DNA of 64,000 nucleotides from the human T2T-CHM13v2.0 reference genome, Homo sapiens. The first letter of the stretch is position 1; every line of letters begins with the position of its first letter. Positions 11,471-25,480 of this stretch are shown here, piece by piece. The position numbers were made by a program, and so were the translations under genes. The notes under the pieces were generated by a model. That model did no database searches. It was not told where the DNA came from and saw only the letters and a list, made by a program, of their open reading frames with translations. The stretch is from NCBI RefSeq assembly GCF_009914755.1, contig NC_060931.1. One strand, given 5' to 3'.

Positions 11471-13770
11471 TTCACACTGTCCTCCTCTTTTCATACAATT
11501 AGATAAGAAAGTGCACCAATTTTTTTCATTTGGGGAGGTTAATTTGTTTCTCTCTCTCTCTCTTTTTTTTTTTTTTTTTTTAACATTGTCTTTTCCAATT
11601 CTTTAAAGATGTCTGGCCTTCCACAACTAATTTGAGCTAAGTGGGTCCTTTCCTGGCCCTGGTATGCAGACAAGTGCTGATTCTTATGCACTTATGTATA
11701 TGGCGGGTGCTCAGCTCTGTCCTGCTTGAGATGGGCAGGAGTTTTCTAGAAAGAGCCTCTCAAGGGGAAAGGAGAAATTGGGAAAAGGTCATGAGTTGGT
11801 TCTATGAGCAGTTCAATAAGCAGGGATACCTAGTTTTGGGAAGGGCTTGCATTTCTGCTGTGCGTGTGTCCGTGCATGGCCATATGTGCTTAGATGGTTT
11901 GGAATCTTTTATAGTCTTTGACTCCTTGACAACATACACATAAACCCTCTTTATATTCACCCAAAAATGAGAATACCTTTTAAAAAGGAACTCTTACCTT
12001 TAAGAAAGTCATAAGCTGAGTTTGCCTCTTGGTTTTCTGAATTGGTCCAAAGCCATCGGGCCTCAGTTCCACCAACTTCTTTCCTTACTCTCTGCAGATT
12101 TTATCTTTGGTAGTTTCGCCCTTTCTAAGAAAACAGCTCCACCTCCTGTCTAAAGGAATCCCCCCCTCTGCGTCTCTGAGCCTGCCTCCTTCTTGTCCCA
12201 CCTGAACCTCACACCCTGTTGGGAATGCCTTCTGTCTCTTGCATCTTTGGCCTTGTCCCCTTCACTGGCTATAAACTTTTTTATAGTTTGCTGCTCTCTT
12301 CAGAGCCCCTGTGTTGGCCTCAGATTCTTTGTATCACAGTGACCCCCTGCTCTGCCAATTTCTCTTCCTCATGCCATCCTCTCCTGCAGTTGTTCCTGAC
12401 AGTTCTTTCCTTAATTCACTTCTCAATTCCTTACCTCTATGACCTTATCTCCTCCCATCTCCAAAGACATTTACCTGTCTGCCCCAGGATTCAAATGTTC
12501 CAGGTTAATGCTGCTTTCCTCTTCGCGGTGGGATATGTTGATCACCTCTTGTGCAACCCTAACGTGTGCACACTCCATCAGTTACAGACTTTATTTGGGA
12601 CATCCTATTTCTATGGCCTTACATAAATCATGTTCTTTTTTATTTTAAAGTTGCCGATGTTTCCCCCTTGCTGTTTTATAAACAAGATATTTTGAGAATT
12701 CTCTTCTCAGCAGGTTCCAAACAGAAACTTGCATTACTATTCTACAAAATAATAAACAGCTTTGGGCTATAAAACCTTTCAAATTGTTTTTTCACAGAAG
12801 GGATTTGCATGCTGACTCATTCCTACTATATTTATAACCTATCGGCCAAACCACTGCTAAGGCAAGATTTCTAATAAAGCTATGGAAATTACATGCATTG
12901 CAATGGGGCAGAATATATTTACATTTGTGGTATTTTAACATTTCCAAATTTATTGCAGATTACCTTTTTGTGCATGCCTGTGCTTTAATGGTTTTTTATA
13001 GCAGAAAATAGTGGTTTATGATTGTATTCCCAGTAGAAATTTATTATGAATCCACCATATGGAGTGTTACATAAAACTAAACTTGTAACATGGGTGGTTT
13101 TATTGTTGCTTAGCAAGATCTACTGTACATTTTTGAAAATTAGTGATAATAGAAATGTCAAAGAAGGGAAGTTTGGTTTATGAAGAGAGTCTTCATTTTA
13201 CATTCAAATTGTCACGAAGGTTTTAGATTTTATTTTAAGATGAAAATGATGTACCCTTTGACAGTTAGAATGTTAGGTAATATAACTGTTTATTATGTCT
13301 TTCCCTGTCCTGCTCCCAGTTTTCATTGTACTAGTATTTGCTAAAGCAGGAGATGGGCAAAGCGATAATACCAATATCAACCTCCTGTGTAAGCCCATCT
13401 TCCTATAATGATGGACCTGGCTCTCTAGCCATCACTGTCAGCCATTAGCCATTAGAACTCACCACGAGCAGTGGTCATGGAAGCTGTTGCCAGAGCACAT
13501 GGAATCGTTTTCTTTTCTTCCTTACCTAGCTTTTACTGGGCATCCTGCTCGAAGGGTTTAAGGTACCTATTTCTGCTAGCATTTGTGGTTCAGAGAAAAT
13601 ACAAGGGTAAGGACAAAAGAAGGTTCATATTTAGGTCAGTCAACATTTTGCATAGGAGTCCCCCGGGGGTAACTTAGACCTGTATTCTGGGAGACTTCAT
13701 TTTTGGCCAGTTCCTAAACTTTGGTATGATGAGTGAGTTGGAAAACATACCTTAAAAGTGTTTTTTTTCT

Positions 13771-14073
<303 letters not shown>

Positions 14074-15165
14074 TTAAAAGTATTTCTTTTCTTTAAGTAG
14101 ATGAGGTTAAAAAAATGCTTGCCTCATATTTCCCACAAAGAGCCTATAATTACTTTATAATCAGGAGCGATTCCAATAAACATTATTAATATTAAGAAGT
14201 AAGAACATTGTGTACAACACCTTCTTTTACTATCTTTTATGAGTACCCTTATTTTACTGTTTTCACTTACCACTGTGCCCCCAGCAGAGACTGCCGTCAT
14301 AGGCATAACCATATTGGAAAATCAGGAAGGAGTTGAAGGAGAGGTTTTCAGCCATCGGCATTTCTGAAGAGTTTGCCACAGTACTGTGTGGTTAAGAGGG
14401 AGCAGAAATGAGTCTAATATTTTGTATGTTTGAATTATGGCCCTGCATATCTGTTCATGCTAAAAGGTTTATTGTGCAGACCAGATGTATTGATGTTCTA
14501 AATATGAAGACTTTGCAGTAGGCTTTGCAAATATAAAGCATTGTAGAAAAAATCTTAAGTCAATTCATTATTTGTCTCCTAACTGATTTTTAGGTGTAAT
14601 TCCACTCCAATAGAGACATTTTGGTGATGGAACTATCCGAGCTCTGAGGATATTTGTATTTGTAACTCCAGCCTTATCAATTACTCTTGTCTTAAATTCC
14701 AGCATAACTTTAGCACCTTTGCTATAAATGGTTTGTTAAAAAATTCAAAGCCCATGCGTGAAGCACATTTTATACTCCATATGGACTGCTGTTGAGTTGT
14801 GGAGAAAGCCAGACTCAATGTTTTGAAAATTCCTGGGTATGAAGAGGTTGTTTTGAGTGCCTGAAATGTCTCTGAAGTATGACATTTTGTACTTGATCAT
14901 TGTCTTTGTTACCTGTCTGGGTCTCGACATCAGAATATGAAACTACGACTTTTGCCTTCTGCAAGGTTGAAATCTGGCTGACAGTTTTTAGCCAGTCAGG
15001 CAATTGGGACTTACCAGTAACTGAAAATTATTTTTACAAACCTCGTTAAAATAATTATTATAACAATAGCTAGGACTGCACATTGAAAACGCATGTAAAT
15101 TGAGAGAGCTTAAAGGAGTGACTGGCTAGGAGATAATTATGGCTAGAAATGTATCTCTTCAACTA

Positions 15166-15447
<282 letters not shown>

Positions 15448-17835
15448 TCAGATTAAATAGTTTTCAGTGCTAAGCTTCCAAAGTGGATCCATTTTGTTCC
15501 TTAGAAGGTCTTTGCTCTTACTAATATACTAGGGAGAAAACATGGGCTCAGAAGAGAGTACAAGAATGTAATGTCAGAGGGAGATCATGTGAGAAACTGA
15601 ATGGATTTACTTGGCCTTAGTCTTAGTGATGGGCCCATCTGGAGTGTCCCATAGCTATTCTTTAGGCAAATACATTTTTAAAATAAAAATAAAACTGGTT
15701 TCTGATAAGACTTCCATACCACAAGCATCTCTCTCCAGCCTGTCTGGTTCTGAGCATCATTTACTTTTCAGGGTATGTGGTTTCTTATTACATTTCATTT
15801 ACATTCATTATTACAAAATACTAACAGTTCAATGTGAACAGTGTCATTTCCCAAATCAGGCATACAGGCACCCAAGAAGAAATTAATCACAAGAGAAATG
15901 GGCAGAAAGCTGTGAGACAATGAAGTGTTAACAAGGAGGCCTAATAAAGCAAATCAAAGTTTGCTGACAGATTGCATATCAAGACTGAAAGAAAAGATGT
16001 GTGCATGAAAAATCTCTAGTAGACCCTCGTACTTTTTTGTGGTAATATATTGAAATAGTTGATATAAAAGAAATTCAACATTTTTTCTGCTGCTTTTGAT
16101 CTGACAACATGCTCCTAAAAGTCTTTCTGGTATCCTAGGCACTATAAACTTGGGGCTAGGGTAGAAACACCATAGAGCAGATCCATGTGTAGTGAGAAGC
16201 GTGCTATAAATTATATTTTAACTTGCTCATGTATTTCTTCAAGTGACCAACTTTTGGTCAGACACATGCTTTGCAGATGCCCCTGCCTAAGAACATGAAA
16301 TACTTGGGTTGTGCTTTTTCGGCTAAGAGAATGACAGGGTGTTTGGTTGAATAAGTCGGTTACCATCATTTCAATTGCATCTCAACAGCCTTTCCTGGAA
16401 TAAGAGTCTGTTACAATAATAGCAAATATGCTGATTCTTCGGAAATATACAAAAAATAACTGTGACACGAGCCATCAATTTTTAGCAGTAGGTCTCTGGT
16501 GGGAAGAGAGACTATATCAGAATCATCTGTGTGGTTTTTTCTTCCTAACCTACAAGCCACTCTCCTTCCCAGAGGAAATTACATAGTATCTAGATAGGTG
16601 GCCAGAATCTCTGATGGAAGGTGGGTAGGGTGTGTTGTGTGTGTGCACACATGTGCCTGTAGTTTGAAAACACCCTACGGGTGATACTGATACCGTATCT
16701 CCTATATTGAGGACAAACAATTTACATGTTTGAATTTACAAACTCAGCAATCAAGAGGCTACTTTCTCCCGTGTGCTCTCTATAATTTGGATGGATTGCC
16801 TAATTATCTAAACAGATAGGCTTAGTTACTAAGAGTAAACTTAGTTAACTGAGAAACTAGCATTCTCAAGGATTTCCTACAATTGTATAATAAAAAATCA
16901 TTACATATTAAAACATTATGGTATTCATGTCTAAGAAAATAGAACATTTAAGAAGTATTATTTAAATGATCACTGAGTAGTAGGTCCAATTGAGTCTTTA
17001 TTCCCAGTCTTGATCCATTCCCATTACTGCTATAACTATCTCTACCTCTAACTTTTGTTTTGAAAATATCACCTGATTGAACCTAGAATTAAAACACTCC
17101 AGAGTGTGGAGGACTGTAAAGATACTTTAGAATTTCACACTAGGTTGGTGTCAAAAGCTTTTGAAGAGGACTTCCAAAATCTTTTGATCTTTTTCATAGC
17201 CATGGGGACTTTAACTGATTAGACTCTTAGTTAATGAAGACAGACTTATTCATTCTTTCTAGCACTCCTGATCATCCTACGCTCTAAGTGAAAGCCTGGA
17301 TTTTTTTTGGTAGTTGTTTGCATCTTTTATAGCCTCCTTGCTGAAATAAGAGGAATACATTTATGTAATAACTTGAATATAAGGTCTTATAAACTCTCAT
17401 GATTATCATCTTTAAGAGTTTCCATGTTCTCATATCTTACTACTCATAAGTATTTTATTTAGCTTGCATTATAAATGTAACACACAAGAAGTTTGTATTA
17501 TCTGTTGTGTTTCCAATTACAAATTTAATCTGTACTAGGATTTAATTTTTACTTTTAGTTTTAAATAGATTAGAATAAGGTTTTAAACAGCAAGATAGTT
17601 TCTGGAGAAAACTGGATTTGATACTTTATCCTGGCCTTTCTTTAATTTGCAGAGTAAATACCATATTATGCTCTATAAAGTGTCACTAAAAAGGAGAATT
17701 TGTATTAAGCATCAAATATGTAGCTGAGACTATGTTAGATGCTTTTCATATGTTCACATGTATCTCTCTATTAACCTTATGAAATGTTATTATACCTTCT
17801 TTTTATAAGCCTCCTCCCCCCACCCACCGTCCGCC

Positions 17836-18112
17836 TTTTTTTTTTTTTTGAGACAGAGTCTTGCTCTGTTGCCCAGGCTGGAGTATAGTGGCACAATCTC
17901 AGCTCACTGCAACCTCCGCCTCCTGGGTTCGAGTGATTCTCCTGCCTCAGCCTCCTAAGTAGCACGCACACCCAGCTAATTTTTGTATTTTTAGTAGAAA
18001 CAGGGTTTTGCCATGTTGGCCAGGCTGGTCTCAAACTCCTGACATCAAGTAGGAGGCCTGCCTCGGCCTCCCAAAGTGCTGGGATTACAGGCGGGAGCCA
18101 CCATGCTCAGCC
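17836..18112 (-). mobile_element. AluS with a ~20-bp internal deletion
   Basis: Dimeric Alu; the GGGATTACAGG block is missing after GTAGC (~17962). Confidence 0.93.
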
Positions 18113-19789
18113 TCTACCTTCTTTTCAAATGAGTAACCTGAGAATCAGAGAGGTTGAGGCACTTGCTCAAGTTTCCATAGCTTTTAAATGGCTGATTCCT
18201 GTTCCTTATTATCATCATTAATGATGATAATTATTATAGCCACAATTTGTGAGTACTTTCTAGATGTCAAAAATTTACATACACCTGTATTTTATTCAGG
18301 CATCAAAGGAATTAATGTTCACATTTGATCAGTGAAAATATGAAAGATTATGGTTAAGTACATTTTCTAAGGTCACACAGCTAGTTGGTGACAGAGTGGA
18401 GTTTGAGCTTTTCATCGTTGTAAAGCAATACTTTTTTATGTATGTTTCACAAACTCTTCCTATGTTTTTACTAATGGCACTATTGTTAGAATAAGTGACT
18501 TATTTCCATGGTGATTCTCAAGGACAACATTTTTCATTCATACGATAAACTATGGCATACTTATTAAAGTCTCATTGCTTTGCAGTTGTACCTTCCACAT
18601 GCTTCTGTTGTGACCTATATCCTTTGGTGATCTGGCAGTGGGTCATTTTCGTGGTGATCAAATATGTATGTATGTAAATACAAAATTGTTTGTTTTATTC
18701 ATCTGCTTTCCTTCCAGTCTAAACACTGAGCTGGAATTGAGACATTGGACATGATAGTTTGTTGAAGTTTGACATTTCTGTCCAAGATTTGTTTGGCCAA
18801 CCTTTGAAAGCCTGAGTTTAAACTATTCCACAAGCATCAGTCAAAACACATGAGAATCATGGGAAAGGAGGGCGCTTTTCCTGCACAGCTGCTCTGCAGA
18901 AGGGGAATTGCATGGCAAGGCATCTCCTCTTGGCCAATGTTAGGAGAGAGAGGGCTTTTCCTTCCTCAGGAGAACAGCTCCCCTTCTCTTCACATCCCTA
19001 AATAATGCAGGAATGTCACATTGCTTGCATTCTTTTGATGCTTGTCCTGACTTTGATTTTGCTCTGGTACTTGTCTGAAAACAGAGCTGTCAGCACCTTC
19101 ATTTTTTTGCTCATCCTGTTTCCCAGCCAAGGATAAGTAATAATGGGTTTAAATTCCCAAGTGCCTGCATTTGGCTCTGAAATAGCAGTGGGCAATCTTT
19201 TCACCCCCACCCCTCCTATTTTAGGGTTCAAATAGAAATCTTAGCTGTGTCCTTCCCTCAGAGTTTCCTGGCTCCTAGTGGTTTCTGGGTGATGGCCAGA
19301 GATGAGGACCCCACCCAGGCTATTCTCTGAATTTGAAAGTTGTCTGATCCTTCACTACCACCAACTGTCAGTGACGTACATTCCCAAGCCCTCTCTTGAT
19401 CTTGCTTGCTTTCTTGCTTTTAAGATTGAGATGCTTCTGAGATGTAGAGTAATATCAGATCGCCTAACACCCTGAAAGAGAGAAACTTCAACACTCAGGG
19501 AGCTTTCATGTGTATTAGAGAAAAGAACCCAGTGGTCTGGACAGAGTTGGTGCTTTGCCAGCTAATGAAGCAGTTTCTCTTTCACAGACCTCTGAGAAAT
19601 ACTGGTAGGCTCTTTATGTTCTTTGAATATGGAGCCCACTGGTGACTTGATAAAGGAAATCACTTAGTTGTTGAAGAATTAAATAATGTACTAAGAGTAT
19701 TTCAATTAGCAAGTATTCAATTAAAAAATAATGACGACATCCACTTATTCTATTCATTCAACAACACCTTCTTAAGTATTTACCAGGGA

Positions 19790-20030
19790 AGCAGGTAGAG
19801 TATTGAAGTTTAAAAACACAGACTCCAGGATGAGACAACCTGGTTTCAAATCCTGATTCTTCCATTTATGAGCTCTGTGATCTTGGGCAGATTACCTAAG
19901 CTCTCCTGACTTAGTTTACCCATTTATAAAATGGAAATAATTATAATATGTGCCTCAGAATTATTTTGAGGATTAAATATAATATGTAGGGAGCTCTTGG
20001 CATGTAGAAATGCTTTAACAACTGTTGTTG
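19790..20030 (+). mobile_element. MIR
   Basis: TTTCAAATCCTGATTCTTCCATTTATGAGCTCTGTGATCTTGGGCAGATTAC. Confidence 0.8.
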
Positions 20031-20860
20031 ATTAAGTCACTGTGCCTGTTCCTAATTAGTTACAATTAAGGGAAGGTTCCTCCCATGAAATTTTTGATAA
20101 TGTATTTAAAGAGTCAAACTATAGACACAGAACACAAAGTACAGAGTTGAGTAACAGTATGGAATCTGTCACAAAGACTAAGTATTAGTGACCTTTCATA
20201 TCCCGTTCAGGTTTAAGATTCCAATAACACAGGCTGGAGGTTTCCCAGGAAGATGTGACTCTGTGCCTGTGTAGCCAGAGAAAGCGTAAGGGAGTAGGGG
20301 GACTGTCACGATCCAAACCCAGTTTGTTTCACTTCTTTCTCATCACATTCTGATTGCCTCTTCCCACCATCCATCTCCCAGCCAGCAACCTCATCTAACT
20401 GAGCTTCTCAGTCCCCTGAAGTCCCTTTTGCTTTTGCGGGTTCATGACTTAGCACACAATTCTTTCCTTCACTGCATTTTTTTTCTAGCTATGATAGAAT
20501 CAGGAACTGTTTAAAGCCGTGGATCATTTGCCTGCAAAATAAGCCAGAACTAATGATTCTCCCACTTCTCCAGCATATCCCCCTCCAGCAGCCTCCACTG
20601 GCTAACTCTGCTCCTGGACTTCACCAGACTTGGCCTCTCAGCCTTCAACTGCCTTCTCCTTTATCTTGATTCTCAAATGTGAAAGGAGGAGCGAGTGATA
20701 ACCACAATCTGAGAGTTTGCATTATGAAGTTCTCAGTATATTACAAGCCTATTTGAAATCCATCATGTCTCAGGATTATATATATAATCGCTTTGATACA
20801 TATATATGCATATATGTATATATAAAATCCCTATTCATATGTATATCTCATATATACATA

Positions 20861-21065
20861 GGATTATTTCCAGCTTGATTGGTCTGGTGCATATATATAT
20901 ATATATATATATATGCATGTGTATATAATCCCTATATATGTATGCATATATATGCATACATATTTTACATATGCATGCATACATATATAGGGATTATATA
21001 TACATGCATATATATATACACACACTCTCACACCTGCCTCAGACCAATCAAGATGGAAATAATCC
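20861..21065. repeat. ~205-bp AT-rich inverted repeat (hairpin/cruciform)
   Basis: Outer arms 20861-20885 and 21041-21065 are 24/25 complementary; inner arms around ATAATCCCTATATATGTATGCAT / ATGCATACATATATAGGGATTAT. Confidence 0.92.
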
Positions 21066-22609
21066 AGTTGAATCCTGATTCGTGCTCAGCATACATGGAA
21101 ATACTAATGGGTATACTTTCTGGAGAACAGGGTAAATGTCATCCACTTTTAGAATGAAATGCATATTATTTGTCAGCCTAAAAATTCTTATTTTCAAATG
21201 GTGGAATTAAAAAATAAGCTCTTTAAGGTCTTGGAAAAAAGTCTAGCCAAAGAATAACACTTTTGAATGTCAGAACTGGACAGTGCTCCTTGATTAAAAG
21301 GATTAATGGCATGGGTGCTATTTGTGATTGCACCAGCCTGAATAGGAGGCAGTTTTCTTAACTACCTAACAAGGAGAGGCATGGGGACTCCCCAGTATGT
21401 CTCCAGGGTACCCATGACATATCACTAGGGGAGGGATGAGAAGGATCTCAGGCTGCATTTGGCAATCCTTTTCCTCTGAAGAAACACAGGATCTTGAGTC
21501 ATTGGTATTATTGCCAGCCTTTCTCAGACCTCAAGGTGCTCTTAGGCTGACCATTAATTTTTGAGAAGCCTAGACTCTGTACTTTTCTAGAAAAGTATTC
21601 ATAATCGGTTATGCCTATATAGTCCTATTTAACATCCCACAGCTCCTCATCCAGTATAGGATCCAGAGTGGCTACTAATTAATTGTGTGACCTTGGGAAA
21701 GTCACAGCCACTGGGCTGAGTAATAACCAGGATTCCCTCCAACCCTAGGCTGCCTGGATTTCCATCCTCACACATATCTTCCTGTTGCCCCAACTCTTTC
21801 TTCATGGGATCCTAGCAGGAAATTCTGCATATCGTGCCTAACAGGCTGTTAAATTACTTTAATTAAAGTGTCAAGGGATGAGAATTGAAGATTACTCAGA
21901 GCTGCCACCCCACCCTTCCCCAGCCAACTGGAGAAGGCTTTTGCCAAGAAGATTCAGACGTATAATATTTAGTAAGTCCTGTATGGGCTAACACGGAGCC
22001 ACTCTATTCCGTGGTCTTTAGATGTGAGATGACACTGAAATGGGATGACAGTCTATTTTTGACAGACTTGTCAGAAGCCAGAGCATGATGCCTTCATCAA
22101 ATTCAAGACTTTATCTAGAAAGAGGCTTTGACAAAGACTTGCGGAGAAAATGTGGGAGGAAAAAAGTTCCAACCTTATCTGAACCCTCTTCCACTTGGGC
22201 CACGGAGCTCTCTCCAAAAGCTAGAGTTTGGTCCCGATGTTGGATCTCTCAGAGAAACTAATGTAACCTGCGATTTCTAGGATGCTTGAGAGTTTGAAGA
22301 AACACATCTTGGAAGCACTACATTGACTTGGATCATATTTTTTCTTTAATAAGAAAAACAAATCCTTTAAAAACAATTCAGGATTTTTATTTGTATTAGG
22401 CAAATATTCATGGAAACAGTAGGGACAGGAAAAGTTTATGAAGACAAGGGTGATACACATATTTTCCAAGATGGAATAATACCCCAAAGTGATACATGAC
22501 CAAAACTGACCCGATATGTAGGTAGAATTGGCAGTTATTCACAAGGTGTGGAGTGAGTATCTGTCTCAGAGCGTCTCCTTCCCAAATCTTCCTAAGAGTC
22601 CACTTGTTT

Positions 22610-22830
22610 GAGAGCATGTTGAATATTATAGTTAAGAGCTTATAATTTATAGCCAGACTACCTAAGTTCGAAGTCATGCTTCAGCTGCTTGACCCTGAGA
22701 GAACTGCTTAACATCTCCATGCCTCAATTTCTCCACCTGTGAAATGGTGTAAACCAGTATCGATCTCATAGTATTGTTATGAATGTGAAGGAGTTAATAT
22801 ATGTAAAGGGCCTGGCCTTTGGGAAATGCT
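22610..22830 (+). mobile_element. MIR
   Basis: GCCTCAATTTCTCCACCTGTGAAATGG...GAGTTAATATATGTAAAG. Confidence 0.75.
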
Positions 22831-23191
22831 GTGTAGGTCTCCAAGTTCAGCACAGGATTCTGAACATGGAACTTTAAAATCGAAATACTTCAAGGAAAGT
22901 TAGAGCACAAAATTGTTAGTCATTTAGATCTTAGCATAAATGAATTCCTTTCTCTGTTCTGAGAGCCTCTGGGAATTATGAGGACCTTGGGAACCTAGAA
23001 GTAGGCATCAGAGGAACTGACACAGGGTAGGGAGGAAAGGGGAAGCAAACATTTGCCTGACTCAAGATTTTACTTTTGAGCCAGCTCTGCCTTTTAGTGT
23101 GTCCATTCTAGCTTCTGTGAACTTGCTATTTTTTATGATTGTTAACTCATTATTATTATTTTATTATTATTAACTCATGCTAATATTCATT

Positions 23192-23354
23192 CAGCACTGG
23201 TTTAATGATAAGAAAATTATAAGAAATAATGAGTTAATAATAATATGCCATTATTATTATGTAATTATATTATATATATTATATCATGAGATAATATGCC
23301 AGTATTATTAACTCATTATTTCTTATAATTTTCTTATTATATCAACCGGTGCTG
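23192..23354. repeat. 163-bp AT-rich inverted repeat
   Basis: 35-bp perfect stem (23208-23242 / 23303-23337) extended by CAGCACTGGTT / AACCGGTGCTG. Confidence 0.95.
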
Positions 23355-23590
23355 GCTTTTATGATGATGATTCACAGAGATCCTTCTCACCCATCTAAGT
23401 AAGAGTTAAGTGGTATTTTTAGCACCTCTTCTCTTATGTCCTTTGTCTTACTATTCAGACAGTCAGTGGACATTGTTGGCATATAATCTTGCATCTGTTC
23501 CATTAGGGGTTAATGCTGGCTTCTCTTTACAGGTGAGTTACTTATAAACATCTTTGCTCTATTTTCCTCTTTAAGGACAATCTCTTACAG

Positions 23591-23650
23591 TAGTGGTTCT
23601 CAAACCTGAGCATGCATTGGACTTACATGGAGGCTTGTTAAAACGCAGAT
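23591..23650 (+). mobile_element. MER5A terminal ~60 bp (one end), truncated
   Basis: TAGTGGTTCTCAAACCTGAGCATGCAT...GGAGGCTTGTTAAAACGCAGAT, then an abrupt switch to unrecognised sequence. Confidence 0.8.
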
Positions 23651-23660
23651 CAGCCAGTGC

Positions 23661-24328
23661 CATGAAAATAATCAACTTGCTTAAATTGCGTTGGACTTAA
23701 GATTGCTTTTGGACTGCTCAAAGATTTCATCCTATATCCATTCAGACAGAAGAGCCGGGGCCCTTCAGGAGGTTCCAGATCAGTGCTCTGTCCTATCTTA
23801 ACTGCCCGCCAGAATGAACACAGCCCTGCTGGCAATGATGAGTAATCATATTCATCTCAGCTGTGCAGGGATGGCTCAGTATTCCTCTAAGAATTCACAA
23901 TGGTCTCTTCTGTTATCCCATCCATGAGGATGCTTCAGATCTCCAAGGTTTCATGTGGCTGGGGCTAGAGGCTGGGTGGAGAAGGAGTGCATGAAAGAAG
24001 ATAGAACCTGCAAAGTAGAGATAGGTAACTCTACTTTGTAAGGACATTGAGTAAAAGGGTCAATGCCCTCACCAAGCTGGCCTCTCAATCTTTTTGACCC
24101 CTAACTAAGAAGAGAAGACAGGGAACAGTTTTACATTTTGGCTGAGACAAGGGGCCTGGAGCTTTTCCTGGACAGACGGTGTTTGTACCCCTAAGCCACT
24201 CACAGCTCAGGTCTCCTCTGCTGAACCCAAATAATACTGAGTGAGTGACTATAAAATATCCCTTTGCCCCAAAGTGCCAGCTTTGCATTGTACCCTCATT
24301 AAAGTGTGCTCTTGTGGCCAGACTGTCA
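23661..24328 (+). repeat. Left arm of a ~660-bp inverted duplication
   Basis: Collinear with the reverse complement of 25588-26245; roughly 80% overall by eye, 95/98 in the core 23993-24090. Confidence 0.97.
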
Positions 24329-25480
24329 GTTTCAGAAGAAAACTCCTTTTAATTTTAACTAGAGTCCTAGGCATCAGAAACAGTAGAGAAAGAGGATTCA
24401 TTTATGAGTTCCTATGGCAGATTATGGGTTTTATTTGCTCCTTTACACCACTTTTCAGTCTGTCATTTTGGTAAGGTTAAGCCCAGTGTAAAACGTTCCC
24501 GTAATTATGCTCGGAAACCCTCCCAGCCTGCTGCATGCCAATAAATGCCTGGAATAACTGTCAGGCTAAATGAATCCCATTTGCACAAAATGATTATTGA
24601 AAGTTATTTTAGTTCCCTATTAAGCAGTTGCAGAACAGAGCTGTAATCAAAATGTTTATTTCAGTTAGAATTATTATGGTCCATAAAAACCTCAAGTAGA
24701 AAGTAAACTACACTTTATCAAATACAGTAAAGGCCACAGCTAGTTAAACTTCTTTTTTCACACGGCCTCTATCCTAGAGTCTGACAAGAGGCATAATGAT
24801 TAGCCTTTTCCACACTATATTAATGGATTTTATAGCCCAACTTCTGTCTAGCTAATCCAGAGTCTCTTGCCCTGGGTGAATAGAAACCTCAATTCTTTCC
24901 TGCTGGTTACCATGGCAAGCCAGCAGGCATAAGTCTCTCTGTTTCTGAGGTTACAAAGTAGGGGAGTGTCCCCTCACATTGAATGGCTGAGAAAAGGCCG
25001 TGGGGTTATAGTGCAAACAGAAGTATTTATTCATCCTACTGCCCCCCATGACTGACTGTGTACAAGCATTCCTGTTACTATAGCAGCGATTTCTTTTCCT
25101 GTGGATCTCAAAGGTAGCCAAGAAAAAATGCTTTGGCTCATTAGGCCAATGTAGTCATCCTCACCAGAAAACCGCTTCTAGGGTTTTTCTTTGGATGGGG
25201 GTAGGGGGATGGCTAATGAAAACGGCCTGTTTCTTTCCTTCCCTCTATGATCTACCCTTGAGAAGAAATCTTGGGTTTACAGTGAATGACTTTCTCGCCG
25301 TAAATCACAACAGTTTCAGTCATAACCCTCTATGCCTAAAAGTACTGTGTTGCTGTTTTTTTTTTTTTTATAAATTCCAATACCCAGTTAGAATCTCTGG
25401 AGGTTGAACCCAGGCATCAGGGGATTAAGTTCCCCAGATGATTCCAATGTGCAATTAATGATGCATACTCCATTATAGGG

